Source: Octopus vulgaris (Eukaryota). Taken from it: a DNA stretch of 64,000 nt. The notes under the pieces are model-generated. The model saw only the letters and a program-made list of their open reading frames with translations. It did no database searches and was not told the DNA's origin. A program made the position numbers and the translations under genes. This document shows, one piece after another, positions 1-14,128 of this stretch (the first letter of the stretch is position 1; each line of letters starts with the position of its first letter). Where the stretch lies: contig OX597816.1 of assembly GCA_951406725.2 (NCBI GenBank), positions 125,178,001-125,242,000 of the forward strand, read 5' to 3'.

Positions 1-8
1 GTGTTCCA

Positions 9-434
9 TGGTAACTCTTCGAAATAATACAAGAAACGAACTTTAGAATAACAGCAAGACTTTATTCCTCTGCTAAATTATACAGTGGACCAAATATCAC
101 ATCACGAATTCTTTTGGTCGTACAGTTCATCCATCGTTAGGATAATTCAACCCTGGCCATCATTTGTTACAAGTGCTTCGTTATGTCAGCAGGAAAATAT
201 GACGCGTACCCTGAGAAAATTCTCTCACCTTTCTCTAGTCATAATCATTTTACAACGCTATTTATAAACAGAAAGGGACTCACAGTGATACTATTAATTT
301 ATTATTTGAGGATGTATTACACGTAACGTGATTAGATCCAAGATCCGTACCCCGCGCAATACTCGACCAATCAAAATATAAGACTCAACCGAGTCACATG
401 ATAGGTCAAAACGATCAATCATTAAAGATTAACA
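9..434 (-). mobile_element. possible LTR of an LTR retrotransposon
   Basis: Minus strand begins TGTTAA (434), has ATTGG/CCAAT, TATAAATAG (~258-266) and AATAAA (~61-66), and ends GTTACCA followed by TGG (PBS-like) at the window edge; no TSD seen. Confidence 0.3.
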
Positions 435-2476
435 TGTGGAGCCCATTTCTGAATATAAAGGGCTAATCGAACATAAAAGGTCAGAAAAGAAATTACTCTC
501 ACTACAAGTGGACAGCAAGGCCTGATTTGCTTCGTGCCACGAAATTGCAATGCTAGGTAATGCTTCCATTTAGAGGAGATGCATTTTGCCAGCATCGCTT
601 CATGCCTACACGAATTTGGTACCAAAGTAAGAGTTGACTTTGCTCAAATCTTTGAACTGAGGAAAACTAGGACTGGCGCGAGGTCTTCCGTTTTGATGCT
701 TTGTTCTCCGTAAATCGTATTGTATGTATAAAATTATATGTATTATATATAAATATATTAGTGTTTTCTTTTTCCACTGCACCCCTTTTCCACTTTTACC
801 TTTTTCTTGTTTTCAATTTATCTTTTTATGACTACAGTGTTAACTAAACATTATCCATATTTTACTAATATGATATTACTTATAAGCACGTTTTCTCAGT
901 TCTTGCCATACTCGATATAACTAACTTGATACGAATTGGTACACTTCCATTAGAAGCTCGTATATTTAAGAGCAACCACTACTTTTAACGCCCCTTTGTT
1001 TCCCCATTCTCCAAATTATCTTCATACAGTATCTTACGGTCTCTCAAAACAGTAGTTGTAGCTACCATTAACGCTTATATTGTTGATATCAACACCATCA
1101 CCATCCAATATATTATATCTTTCTTGTTTAATCTACACGACACACGTTTTTAACTTGTCTCAAATGCAAATTACTTTTTCATTTATTTACATGACAAGGA
1201 TTTAGCAATTTAATTACATAAAGGATTAATATTTCTTGTTTACGTTTATGTTTCAATCGTCTTTATTATATCATCATATCCTCCAGGACTTCCTTTTCGT
1301 CTCTAGATTTATTATTCTTGCACTAAAAGGTGGTTGTGTTGTACCAGAATTGGTGGACCAGCGGCATATAAGAAAAACTTGCATTATTAGTCCCATCGTT
1401 TTACAATCTAAGTTCAAATCACAGTGCTGTCAATTTTGCCGTTCATATTTTGATGTTAAAAATGGAAATATTCTACTACGGAAGCTAATGTTATTCACTA
1501 GCACCTTTCACCAAAATTACTAATTAAGGTAAATTATAGTTAAATAGAACTAAACAAAACTTAAGGCATTTACTTTTTGAATTCATATCCCTCTCAGATC
1601 AACTTCATCTCTCATTCTCTCTGGGTCAATAAAATGAACTACCAATAAACCAATATAAATATAGTAGTGAAGTATTGGGGTCGATGGTATAAGCCAACAG
1701 GCCCACTTAATATTGCTGGCCATGTGCCTAAATTAGTTTTATTTATTACCAAAATATAAATGTGATTTATACATTTAAATTCAAAGCCAACTGAAACCTT
1801 TTTTGTTAATATTAAGTTTCTCCGTTCAATAGGGAGCAGAATATCATGTAACAAACCATGAAATATATATCAAATGCTGAAATATTTTATATCATGGGCA
1901 TGAATCACTATGGTCTTAATCCATTAAATTCTTTCTTGTCTTAGTATACTCCTCAGTGGTAATCATAGCTCATTTAAAAAATGAACTTTATAAAATTAAT
2001 CAATAAATATCTTTCACCTATCATTTCCTTAATTTAATAACAGGAATTAATCTTTAAACGTGTTAACCGTAAAAAAACCTTAAACCTTACAACTTAATCC
2101 CAAATTGGGTTATACCACTGATATATCGTCATCAAAATCAGTGGTGACGATGATATTGATGACAAGTAGCATTATTTCTATGTATTTTATTTAGGACTAT
2201 TTACAATATATCATCCAGTACTCTCCATACAGCGATGATATTCATGATGATGATTATGATGATGATAATGACACTTACGAGGACGATGGTGATGACAACG
2301 ACGACGGCGACGATGATGGGGGATGATGATGATGATGATGAAAACTACGAACATACTAACTCTACTCACTAATTTGTTATATTATCCTTTTAATCATTCA
2401 TCATTATCATTTAATCATTCATCAAATTTTAATTACTTTACTTCTACTTAATATCTGTCCAAACAACGTTGACAAG

Positions 2477-2552
<76 letters not shown>
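2477..2552. repeat. compound microsatellite (CT)n(AT)n(AAT)n
   Basis: Directly visible. Confidence 0.95.
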
Positions 2553-2553
<1 letters not shown>

Positions 2554-2554
2554 G

Positions 2555-3183
2555 ATTGGGGAAGATCAATTCCAGTGTCAAAGGAATGAGACATTCAAAT
2601 TTAAAATATTAAATTGAATTACTCCAATAATTAATTCATATATATCAAAGTAGTGTTAGAGATAGAAACCCACAGAACTTCATCAACTCCAAATGATATT
2701 AACTGAACCAAGCCATAAAATATTAAATATTATAGTTACTATTTATATTCATAATCCTAAATTTTTCCATATTACGGACTACACATGTTTCGTGAGGGTA
2801 CGTATGGTATTGTTAAGACACAAAGTCTCATTTAAAAACTCATTATGTTAACGCACTCCCAATCGTCACGTCTACTTTACCCACATTTATAAATATAACT
2901 ACTTCATATATATCACTATGTTTGTCAAAATTAATTACAAGTATACAAGTGCATGAACCTTATAAATTTAAGATATAAAATTTTAAGAAGTAAAAACGGA
3001 TATGAAATAGGACTAAAAAATACGAATGAAAAAAATGTGATATGGAAAATTTTCCCAAATATGGAATATTCTGGAATTATGAATATAAATAGTAAGTATA
3101 ATATTTAATATTTTATGGCTTGGTTGAGTTAAAACCGTTTGGAGTTGATGAAGTTGTGGGGATTTCTATCTCAAACACTATTT

Positions 3184-3190
<7 letters not shown>
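2555..3190 (-). mobile_element. non-autonomous Penelope-like element with inverted tail copy and degenerate hammerhead
   Basis: Diverged ~133-bp inverted repeats at 2641-2773 and 3058-3190; HHR-like motif at 2777-2872; microsatellites on both flanks. Confidence 0.6.
2777..2872 (-). ncRNA. degenerate type I hammerhead ribozyme with long stem II
   Basis: GAC-gTGACGA-T-TGGGAGTGCG...CGTACCCTCA-C-GAAAC-ATGT-GTA-GTC; core C3 is mutated to G. Confidence 0.5.
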
Positions 3191-3236
<46 letters not shown>

Positions 3237-3486
3237 TTTCCTTACACACAATACTCTCTTTTTCAGTTCACAATCTCTATCACTCCCTCTCTGACTGTTT
3301 GGCTGTCTATCTCCCTCTCTACTCAGAAGTTTTTATCTATAATGCTACGTTTCTGTTTTGTGCCCAACATTCCTTTCATACGAAATTATTCATGATATTA
3401 TATAACTAACCGATCAATCATTTGACAGGCACATCTTTCAATAGGCCAGAACTGTACATCTTCCAAATTTACAAACACGCGCGCGG

Positions 3487-3489
<3 letters not shown>

Positions 3490-3545
<56 letters not shown>

Positions 3546-3620
3546 TACATACATACATACATACATACATACATACATACATACATACATACATACATAC
3601 ATACATACATACATACATAC
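3490..3620. repeat. (CA)n(TACA)n microsatellite
   Basis: Directly visible. Confidence 0.95.
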
Positions 3621-3710
3621 GTCTTACTACCCTTAGGAATACTCTATTTATAATGTAACGCATGTAGTTCTTTTTTTTTTTTTATCCATCGTTTTAATGC
3701 AGCAATATGT

Positions 3711-3885
3711 AAAGGTTGCGAGCAGGCACAATCGTTAGCACGCTTGATAAAATGCTTAGCGGCGTTTCGTTCCTCTTTATGCTCTGACGTCGATAATATA
3801 AGTACCAAATGTGGACTGAGGTCGATATAATCGACTTACCCCTCTCCCGAAGTTGCTGGTTTGGGGCCAAAATTTGAACCAGTAT
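3711..3885 (+). mobile_element. tRNA-derived SINE, family A (internally deleted)
   Basis: Matches the copies at 23053, 33493, 46851 and 51140 (GAGCTGGCAGAA..GTTAGCAC head; GTCGATAAAATAAGTACCAG body). Confidence 0.8.
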
Positions 3886-4959
3886 AACTATATGTATTTA
3901 TATATGTAAACGCGCGCACACACATATACTTCCATATTCATATACACATATTTATAAACATATATATGTATATACATGAAATGAATATATATGGCTATAT
4001 TTATACATGTGTCCGTATGCGTTTAAATTATGTTTTAGTTTATGCATGTGCTTTTGTATGTGCATATATGTACATGTGTGAGTATGTGTAGTTATAAGAA
4101 ACGAAATGCCAGTCCTAAAAGTAGTAATATCCCCCACATTCAAATATTAGCAGACTTTTTGAAAATATAGCATTTCTTGTACTTTATTGTAATGTTCTTT
4201 TACAACGTTATCTGTTCTAAATGCAACGCTCTGGAGAATCCATCACATCTTGAATAATTAGCATACTGGATCTTATTATGTTTCACGCTATTGTTGTTGT
4301 CTGTGGAAATTATAACTATAGAGTTAACGATTTTAGTAGAGGCAAACATATTCATAGCGTTCTTGCATCGACTGGTTATATTATTGATATAAGATACGTG
4401 AATTGGCTCAATCCACATTCATATCAGAAGGTAAATAGGATTTACTAATATTTTTATAAGTAATCCTTCTGCTTTTATCCCTCGAAGCTAAGTAAAATTC
4501 AGCTAAAATTGATTTAATTTCATATTGTAAACTAATGTAATTTAAAATAATCTCATTTATAATATTCTATGCCACATGAATATAAGTGATCATAACAAAT
4601 TCACAAAAACAAAAAACCAATGAAATCTACAGACAGATTCCATCTTAATTGTTAAAATACGTAATGATACTCATGGGAAATATATTATGTTGCTCATTAT
4701 TTTTTTATGTATTTCTACAAGTATCTTATTATCAAAATTATAAAAACAATAGATTAGTTTATTTCCAACTCGTCAAAAACTCAAAAAACATTGTTGTTTC
4801 TAATACATGGTACTAAATTTAGCATGTCATTACTTCGCATGTATTCCTGATACATATTAAGGCGTTTCGTAATATTTATTGACGAATCTAAAAAAAGTTA
4901 ATTTACATACCATTTCCTTTTCTTCTCATGATTATTGAAATTCACAGATCATATTCGTG

Positions 4960-5130
4960 AGAAACTTAAGTTTCTAATATTATAGGAGAAAATGAAACAT
5001 TGTAACGAATTCTTTTCATTCTGTTACGCATCCTATTTCATCATGTTTCTTCCGTATACTATTTCATTTTTGAAAAACGAATGGAACAACTTACCTTCAG
5101 TCGTATTTGTAGTATTTTAGAAAGTGTGAG
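4960..5130 (+). pseudogene. very decayed CR1/L2-group LINE 3' end
   Basis: EWNNLPSVVF at ~5078-5108 resembles the conserved WNxLP C-terminal motif. Confidence 0.3.
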
Positions 5131-8100
5131 ATCTTAGAAATATTTTATTTGTCTTCGTTTCTCCACCATACATATAAAACTCCGCTCACTATAAGCAACT
5201 TTAAGAAATCTACTGCATAGCTATGTAATATTACGGGTTCGTGATTTTCTTGCAGTTATGTGCTATGGACTGATTTTTATTTTTATATTTTTTGTCATCT
5301 TATTAATGTATTTACTAATACTATATTTATATGCTGTACATTCAATAGTTCACATTGTTGCACAATTTAACTATTGTTAGTGAGTTGTTGTTCCTGTAAA
5401 TACAATCATTTTATACAAATCCAGGAAACATATACAATATATTTCTTGGATTTCTACACAAATAATTTTATGCGAGTCATTGAGTTGTACACAGTTTGTT
5501 TAATATTAAACATTAAATATCTGTTATTATTAGTGGGAAAGTTCAACATACACATCATAGGCTTAAATATGCTCACCCACAGTTTCCTGCAATGTCAAGA
5601 TGAGTCTTTTTGTTCAGACTATTTGCTCCTAAAATGTATATTTGTTTTTCTGATTTTACCAACATGAAAGAGCTGCTTATATGTATGTAAGGATGAGATA
5701 GAGAGAAAGAGAAAGAGAGAAATGCAGAGATTCTAACAACATTTGACGATCGTCATATTACTCATCTCCTAGCTTGTCTTTAATCTCCATTCGTAATTAA
5801 AGAATTTTTTATGATGATACAAAATACGACAGTAAAATACAAATGTTTAAAATTTGATGATGATGGCATTATGTAGCATCGTTATCAAAGACTTATGAAC
5901 TCTTATATATCGAGGTATTCTTGAAATGATAAGACCAAGAAAACGAAACTTTCACTGTAATTTGGGCGATCTGTTATAGCCAAGGTGAATAAGAGTTTTT
6001 ATAATCGAAACCAGATAAATTTTCAATCCGACATAAAGAAATCGATAATGCATCTGCGGCTCCCAATTCTAATATCAAAAACCTAATTTTGACTACAGTT
6101 GAGAAAAATATACTCTTAGAAGATAAAGCTGCATACCAGCATAGGACTTTACGGTAATACTTTCACTGAATTAAATGAATTGAAAAACTTATCATTAAAC
6201 TACAAAGAAGCTATATTATTTATTACATTATTAATCTTTCAGAAAATACTTTTAGAGATTCACGTGAATAAATGGTTCTGCTGATTCTAAACCCCTGTGA
6301 GTAATGTTGCAATTCAATAAAGCTTTCCCCTGATTGTTGGACATTACAACGTTTTCTGTTATATATTAAATGTAAGTATTAAAATCTATCCATATATGTT
6401 AGTCCTGCTGGATCTAGACTCAGGAGGCAGGATGATTCTAAAATTGCTACAAATCATTTTTGTAGCAATTTATGATCCCAAGGCCATTACGATGCAGTTA
6501 ATCAAGTTATCCATTGTATGCTTCCATATTATCGTTGAGATAATGAATCTTGTTCAATCATCTGTAATATCGTTCTCTCCTATGTATTGACTCTCAATGA
6601 AGCTCAATTTGCTGAGAAGTTTGCATGAATTTTTTGCTATGGATACTGCGCAAATAAAGTGGAAGTTTATTATTATATAATATATAATCCAAATAGCTTA
6701 TGAAATCGTCCAATGTCATCGCAGTATTAGGATATTTTAAATAATATAGACACCTGTGATAACATATTCATATATTTATAATACAGTGATTTTAATGTAT
6801 CCATTAGTGAGTTGCGGGTTAGATATTTTGAACTTTAACGCTTGAAGTAGAATGTTTCTAAGTTCAATCAAAACACAAAGTATATATATAAGTTTTTTTT
6901 AGAATCTTGAAAATGAAGAACATTCCAGGATACACTAACAGAAATATTATAGTTCAGACCTATAATATATGCGGGAAAATCTAATATTACACTTCAGATG
7001 TAGAGAACACATAGGATTGCAAATATCTGACAAAAATCAAAAATCAATAAACAACACAATTATTGCAACCTGTGTGCAATTTCAGAGATACGACTTGGTG
7101 CCCTTTGAGTAGAAAATATGTGTGAAAAATAATATGCGAAGAAGACGTAAAAGACTCAGACTACACACTATAGACAATGTGCCTATCGTGTTACTGAGAA
7201 TAGATTTAAAAGTATACATACAAATAACATACCCAGTTTTAAAATAAAAATATTGTTTATAAAACTCATGGGAGAGAAGGCAACCATAAAATAAATTGAA
7301 TATTGTTGCAAAACATACACATACAATGGTCATAGCAGCTACTGCCTGTTATGTACAAACAGAAATCACAAGATCCTGATACTGTGAAGTAAGACACTAA
7401 ACATAAAAAAATATTGTTTGTTTTGTGCTTTTTGTTTTCGTTTTTTTTTTCTGCTTCCACGTAAAGAAATAAAAACGTGAATATGTCAAGCAAATCGCTA
7501 TGATATATTTCAGATTGCAGACCAGTTAAACCTATACTCGACATATGAAATACCGAGATATTCGGCATGAAAACATTTTAGCTAAATAACTTTTCCTATA
7601 CAAAGGTTTTTTTTTTATCTGGGATATTTTAGAAGCCTTCATTTATAAATAACCGGATTTTTATGTCACTAATCTCATTTATTTTTAACCAACAAAATAA
7701 CGACGTCTTGGTGCTATGTGTTTTTAGGATATTTTATTCAATATTCTACTTCTGCCTGATAGATTGGGCAATCACATATATTCCAGTAGTGACTGCAGTG
7801 GACGGCTAATAATATATAATTATTATATTGTATTGATCCATGCCATCCATTGAAACTTTTAATATTTGCATCCTCTTGATGCCATGTCCGGAATAAGTAC
7901 TCAGCTTAAGACGTTATCGGTCACTCAGTCAAAGAATGCATGGTAAAATAACGTACAAGACATAATTCGTTAGAAATTGAAATAATTATGTCAGACATGT
8001 TATAAGATAAATATTCTACGTTATGGTATGAGTATTACCGAGGATTACACAAATACACATAAACAAATCAGTAATATGCGTATATGTTAAGTTAAATACT

Positions 8101-8220
8101 CAGTATAACTTACGAGATAACGAAGAGGATTTTACGTTAAATTACATGCATGAATTACGCGCATCGACATCCTACAAACACACACGCATACAAGCATATA
8201 TGTATGGTTGCATGTGTTTT

Positions 8221-8290
<70 letters not shown>

Positions 8291-8355
8291 CATACATACA
8301 TACATACATACATACACACATACATACACACACACGCACACACACACACACACAT

Positions 8356-8525
8356 ATCGCTAGCCACTACACATTCTTTATTTTTCTCCTTATTTTTTTT
8401 CTGTGTTCTTTCCTGTGAAAGAGCGTAGGCTCGAAACGTTAAAGTTGTTTTCACTTCCGAGCGTTATACTAATACATCTGTTCGTTGTCTACACCTCCAG
8501 TCTTCGTTTTTTTGTGTATTCTCTC

Positions 8526-8528
<3 letters not shown>
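8356..8528 (+). mobile_element. short PLE-type element with variant hammerhead, between microsatellites
   Basis: CTTT-cctgtgaaa-GAGC GTAG GCTC-GAAACGTT-AAAG at 8408-8444; downstream GAGCGT..CTAATAC is shared with the element at 56424-56640. Confidence 0.5.
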
Positions 8529-8565
<37 letters not shown>

Positions 8566-9087
8566 ATGCATGTATATAAGTATGTGTGTGTGTGTGTGCG
8601 TATGTACATATACTTAAGTATTTTAGTATATGCAAATAAATACATATACATTTCTGTGTATGTGTTTATATGTGTATATATGTCTGTCTGTCTGTATATA
8701 TGTATGTATGTATGTATGCATGTATGTATGTATGTATGTATGTATGTACGCACGAGATGTTTTGTACTTTTTTATGTGAGGCAATAATAAGAGTCCCAGT
8801 TAATTTAATTTTAGTATATCATTACTACACATCTTATAAGCTGACCTGCCTCATTTTTTCCGAACTGAAAGACGGGGCTGTAAAAGCTCTTTGAACACTC
8901 CCTACTAAATACTGCTTTTTACAGCCCACTGATTTACAGATACCAGTTGGGACGCGAACACAATTGAAAAGTTCGCTAAGCAATAACGTTTTGCGTTAAA
9001 CTGGAGACCATAGTTACAGAAACTTATGAAGTGCTCTAGTCTGGTTATTGATAAGTTTGTATGACTTGAGCATCTATTTTTCGCTAA

Positions 9088-9745
9088 CACAAGAGATTCA
9101 AGGACGGTGGGGAGGAAGTGAAAGAAGATAGGTTTTTGGAAGGGAGATGTAATCAGAATATCAGAGCTGATTCAGAAAATTCGTAATTTTCTGAATGAAG
9201 ACAGCCGTGTATCTATAAAGACAATAAGTATACTGATTTGAGCTGTTGTAACAACTGTACACAGAATCATTCATGAAGATCGGAGCATATAGAAAATGTG
9301 TGGAAAATTTGTTCCCAGGATACTCAAAGTTGAACTGAAGGTGAGAGATGTTCGTGGCGGCAGGGGTGCGGGATCATTACCTCCAATCCAAGTGTACCTT
9401 GCGTCTCCGGTGACCTGTGACGGAAGTTGTATTTACTGTTATGGTCCAGAAACTAAGAGCCAAAGCACCTAATGCATACATCATGGCTCCCTCAGACTCA
9501 AAAAGGTCAGACAAAGATGATCCACAAAGAAGCTCGTGATGATCGTCTTTTTCAACAACAAGGACATCATCGATATCTACTGGAGTCCCTCAGGCCAGAG
9601 GTCAACAATGAGTATTTTGTGGGTGTTTAGGTGTTCAGAAAGAGATTTCATCGCAAAAGACCACAGTTCTTCCAGTTGGGTCGGTGGCACCAGCACCAGG
9701 AGAATGCATCAGCCCATAATTTCCTGTTAGTAACCAACTATATTG

Positions 9746-9778
<33 letters not shown>

Positions 9779-9863
9779 TGTATGTATGTATGTATGTATG
9801 TATGTATGTATGAATGTATTATGTATGTATGTATGTATGTATGTATGTATGTATGTATGTATG

Positions 9864-9894
<31 letters not shown>

Positions 9895-9965
9895 CTGTCC
9901 CTCACACTTCCTACAGTCCAGTCATTTCTGGCTTTGACATTTGGCTGTTCCCCAATGTAAAAATA
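9088..9965 (+). pseudogene. decayed mariner transposase, split by (ATGT)n at 9748-9891
   Basis: HKRFKDG; FVPRIL; VTCDGSCIYCYGPETKSQS; VMIVFFN; RKRP..RWHQHQENASAH; PHTSYSPVISGFDIWLFP (YSPDLAP-like); stops and frameshifts. Confidence 0.9.
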
Positions 9966-10258
9966 GAGAGGAATTACTGATTTTCTTCCTCACTAATGCC
10001 TATGCCCCTGTGATTTTCTGTAATACAGTTAAGGAAGAGGTTATTAAAAGATAATTAATTACATTAGTTAATTTTATGCAGGGTTGATATCTACGTTTCT
10101 GAAAAATAGCTTATCAAGAGATAAAATCTTATGTAATCGGCGTATAATTAGTTTGTATGCCATATCGTATATACAAATGCATATATATATATATATATAT
10201 ACATACATGCATACATTCTTACAAACATATACACACACAGGCACAGACAGACAGACAG

Positions 10259-10292
<34 letters not shown>

Positions 10293-10371
10293 ACATATAT
10301 ATATATACATATATACGAGTGTGTACGGATAGCTACATAGATTATATATGATTAAATAGGTACCTTTACAG

Positions 10372-10408
<37 letters not shown>

Positions 10409-11454
10409 CATATATATATATATATGTATATGTATATATGTATATATATATATGTATATGCATATATGTATATATGCACATATATATATGTACATTTATA
10501 AATATATTCATATATTTACGTAGAATCATTCATTATGAGGAATATATTTTAAAATTTATCTCTTTTTATTAGTCACTTGAATGTTAATTTTTCTTGCGCT
10601 GGATCATTGGATCAATAGATCTTTTACAACAGTACCGGATGGTGTTTAGTTACAGAGTCCATAATAGGTGTAGACGAAACATCTCTGCTGGAAGTAATCT
10701 CCTCCACCAAGAAAGGTACCTCCTACATTTATTTTCATTATTTTCCTTGTACATCTGCTGGTACGTACCAAAGACTAAAGCTTGCGCGTGTCCGTTGTAT
10801 AAAATTGCCCCGGACTTTCTATTGATGAAAACAGAGTTGGCTTTTCCTTTAGTATGCTGAGTCTCGCAGACTGCCCGAGATCACACGCAGTTAAATTTTC
10901 CATTAGAGTTTTGTGGGGTTTCGCCGATTGTGCTCTATATTTCAGTAAAACAATTTTATCTGACAATCTCTATGCCTTCAAATAGCACGAGAGAAAATAT
11001 TATTGTGTATTATATCTCTGTCCCTGAAGGATTAATTAGTTGATTAATTAGTTGTATAAATTTGCTGTTACAGTTTCTTTGGAAACCACTTGGTGAGGTA
11101 AGAGTGGTAATATATATTCTGTTTGGAAAAGTAATATTTCTTTAATAAGCAAACATCTAGATATCGGCACCTGCAACACATAGCTATGGTCGAGTCTGTG
11201 CAGATGTGAGTTTTGATTAAGGTATTTAATTCTAGAAGCAATATTATCTAGGTAAGACTAACAATTAAAATTAAGTCTACTAAATTATTTTGCGTAAATT
11301 CTATATAGTCGTAAATAGATATAGTATTAGAGACAGAAAATCTGCAAGTAATATTGCTAAATATTAATGTTAAACTGAATTCACCTAGATGTATTACCTC
11401 GTTTGTACCCCCAGTTTCACAACAGTTAATGAATTACTCGTACAGGCCTACTTA

Positions 11455-11740
11455 TAGTTCTACATTTAAGAGATGAGGAACCACGTACATTATTTGCATT
11501 ATTTATATTTGACGGATATTCGTCTTCATCTTGTTTGTTGTTAACACAACATTTCGACTGATATACCATCCAGCCTTCATCAGGTGTCTTGGGGAAATTT
11601 CGAATCTGGGTTCTCATTCTTAAAATATTTTTCGATGTTGTTGTTATTATTATTATTATTATTATTATTTAGGTCACTGCCTGGAATCAAACTCGGAATC
11701 TTGGGGTTAGTAGCCGTCAAAGGTAAATAATGTAAATAAT
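11455..11740 (-). mobile_element. tRNA-head plus hammerhead element, family H, copy 1 (5'-truncated, inverted tail piece at 11717-11740)
   Basis: Homologous to 37603-37883: B-box-like GAGTTTGATTCC, (AAT)n, HHR, tail. Confidence 0.85.
11543..11588 (-). ncRNA. minimal type I hammerhead ribozyme
   Basis: GACAC-CTGATGA-A-GGCTGG..TCAGTC-GAAA-T-GTT-GTGTT. Confidence 0.7.
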
Positions 11741-11859
11741 CTGAAATAGTGTAATTCAAACTCGTTATGGTTTGATTTCTTCAGGGCATAGATAAGCCTT
11801 ATTCTTCTCTTTGGGACCAAAAACTGAGCAATGAAGAAGAAACATCAAGGTAGACTTGA

Positions 11860-12090
11860 TGTTTCACATCTCTACTGTTCTTTACGAACGCAGGTTATGC
11901 TTTGCTGGTTACTTCTTTGGTGCTGAAAAACAGCTCATAATTTATTCTATTTTGGAGACGTTCGTAGCTTTAAATACAAACACTACTCACTTAGCAACAT
12001 TGATGTTATTAGTAGAGACACATAACAGGAAACTGAGGATCAATGAACAGAAAGGTAGAGGTTCATGGTGGCCTCTGGAGAAAGAGCAAA
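11860..12090 (+). pseudogene. decayed RTE-like LINE 3' fragment
   Basis: ISTVLYERRLCFAGYF resembles the RTE C-terminal RRLxFAGH motif. Confidence 0.35.
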
Positions 12091-12095
12091 CAAAT

Positions 12096-12213
12096 AGAAG
12101 AAGAAGAAGAAGAAGAAGAAGAAGAAGAAGAAGAAGAAGAAGAAGAAGAAGAAGAAGAAGAAGAAGAAGAAGAAGAAGAAGAAGAAGAAGAAGAAGAAGA
12201 AGAAGAAGAAGAA
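12096..12213. repeat. (AAG)n microsatellite
   Basis: Directly visible. Confidence 0.97.
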
Positions 12214-13818
12214 TTCTAAATTCCTTGTGAAGCCACTTTTGTTAAATACTGCAAAGCTCCCCTGACACTCTAGCTCGTATCTTCTTCAAGGATTCTAAAT
12301 ATATGCTGCCGTTGATTGGAGTACTTAAGGGCATATGCCATCACCTCGTTAGGTTTTCTGTAGGATTAATACCTGTGGGTCTTGAAATCTAATTTAATTA
12401 ACCGACATTAGATTTGTAGCGATAATTATTTAAACCAAACTCTTTGAATATACCCAGAATTAAAATCCTCCTTTCATGGTGATCCTGGCCAAAATTTCGA
12501 TCTTTGCTAGAATATTTCCTTCATTACTTCATTAGGCAAAGCGCTTACGTGTCCTTATTCCCTATTTGCCTCTGAGAAATGGCCTTGTTTATCCTTGCTT
12601 GCTTTTCAAGTTATCCATCTCTCTATCTTTCAGTTTCTTTCACTAAATCTTACACAAACAAACATACACACACATACACACACATACATATATATATATA
12701 TATACATTCATATATATTCACATGCATTGTTCGTACGCACACACACACACATATATACATACAAACATGCATACATATATATGTGTTTGTATATATATGT
12801 ATACGAACACACACAAATATGTGACCGGTGAGGTATATGAGTATCTCCGCTTCCGTAAATATGTGCTTATGAATGTTTGTAGGAACATACGAGATACACC
12901 ATCTTACACCAATAATTTAGAAGACAACTCTTATAATTGATCACAGACAGCATCTATTTTCGGAACAAGCATGATTAAACTGTAAATCCAATATCCTTTA
13001 TATATTTAACCAAATTAAATTACCCTCCTTCCATTTCTTTTTTTTTTTTTTCGTACCGTGAGCAAATCCGTCGAAGTCAAGGGAAACAAAAGAAATAGAT
13101 TCTTGTGCAACCCACTTTTTTTTTTAGAAAATAGAATGAAATTACTCAGAAAAGGGATATATCATGAAATATAAAATAAAGATTATATATTAAATTGTTT
13201 ACATTGTTGAAAAAAATCTATCTACACCTAGCTTTGTGTTTATGTCGATTTAGACGGATCTCTTAGCTCTGTCTTTACAAATTATTCAAGTAATACTACT
13301 GCAAAACTATTTCAGTTTTGCTGCTACAGCAGCTCTAAGTCTTATATGCAGATAGCATTATATGATAGCAATATAGTTATACAACTACTGTGACTGCAAT
13401 ATTGATCTAACTTACAGAGTGATTTAGTTGTATTGTAATGTTAATGCTATCAAAACAGGAGATAGCAGTGATACCACATCTCCAGTCTGTCTACTTCACT
13501 TTGCTTCGAAATATTCACTGAATTTACTAACATCTCTCAAAATGTCTGTAAATGTAAACACAGTATAAACGATGACAAAATTATAAGAGCACCAACAACA
13601 AAAACTACTATTGCAACTACTACAGTTGCTGCTGCTGTGGCTAATGCAGCTGAATATTAAGGAAAAGAAAATAAGCAAAGAGAAACAACAACATTTAAAG
13701 TGAATGTTTTACTGGACACAAAGTTCTAGCCTATAACACAAAACAGTTATACTGTTGGACTACAAAACATATGGATATGTACATATACGAGAAGAGTCTA
13801 GTACAATGTAAAAATAAG

Positions 13819-14086
13819 CAAGAGCATTCAGAGAGCGCAAACTTTCACGAAGGCAACACCAACGTTCTCTCAACGATTAGCCAGAGGTGATTTTTAAAAT
13901 GAGAATATCTGAAATAAACTCGACTGCTCTCACAAACGGGAATACTAAAAATGAACCCGACCGCTCTCAAAAATTAAGTAAAAAACAACGGAAAAATTAT
14001 CCAGAATCCTTGTCTGGTACCTGATCAATCCCAATGGTATTCATGAAATTTGAAAGTGGATGTGCGGATCGCATTTTTAAATGCTG

Positions 14087-14128
<42 letters not shown>

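Noticed and set aside
10600-12570. Further RTE-like remnants on the minus strand at ~10600-11400 and ~12230-12570
   Set aside because: Motifs are too decayed to call by eye
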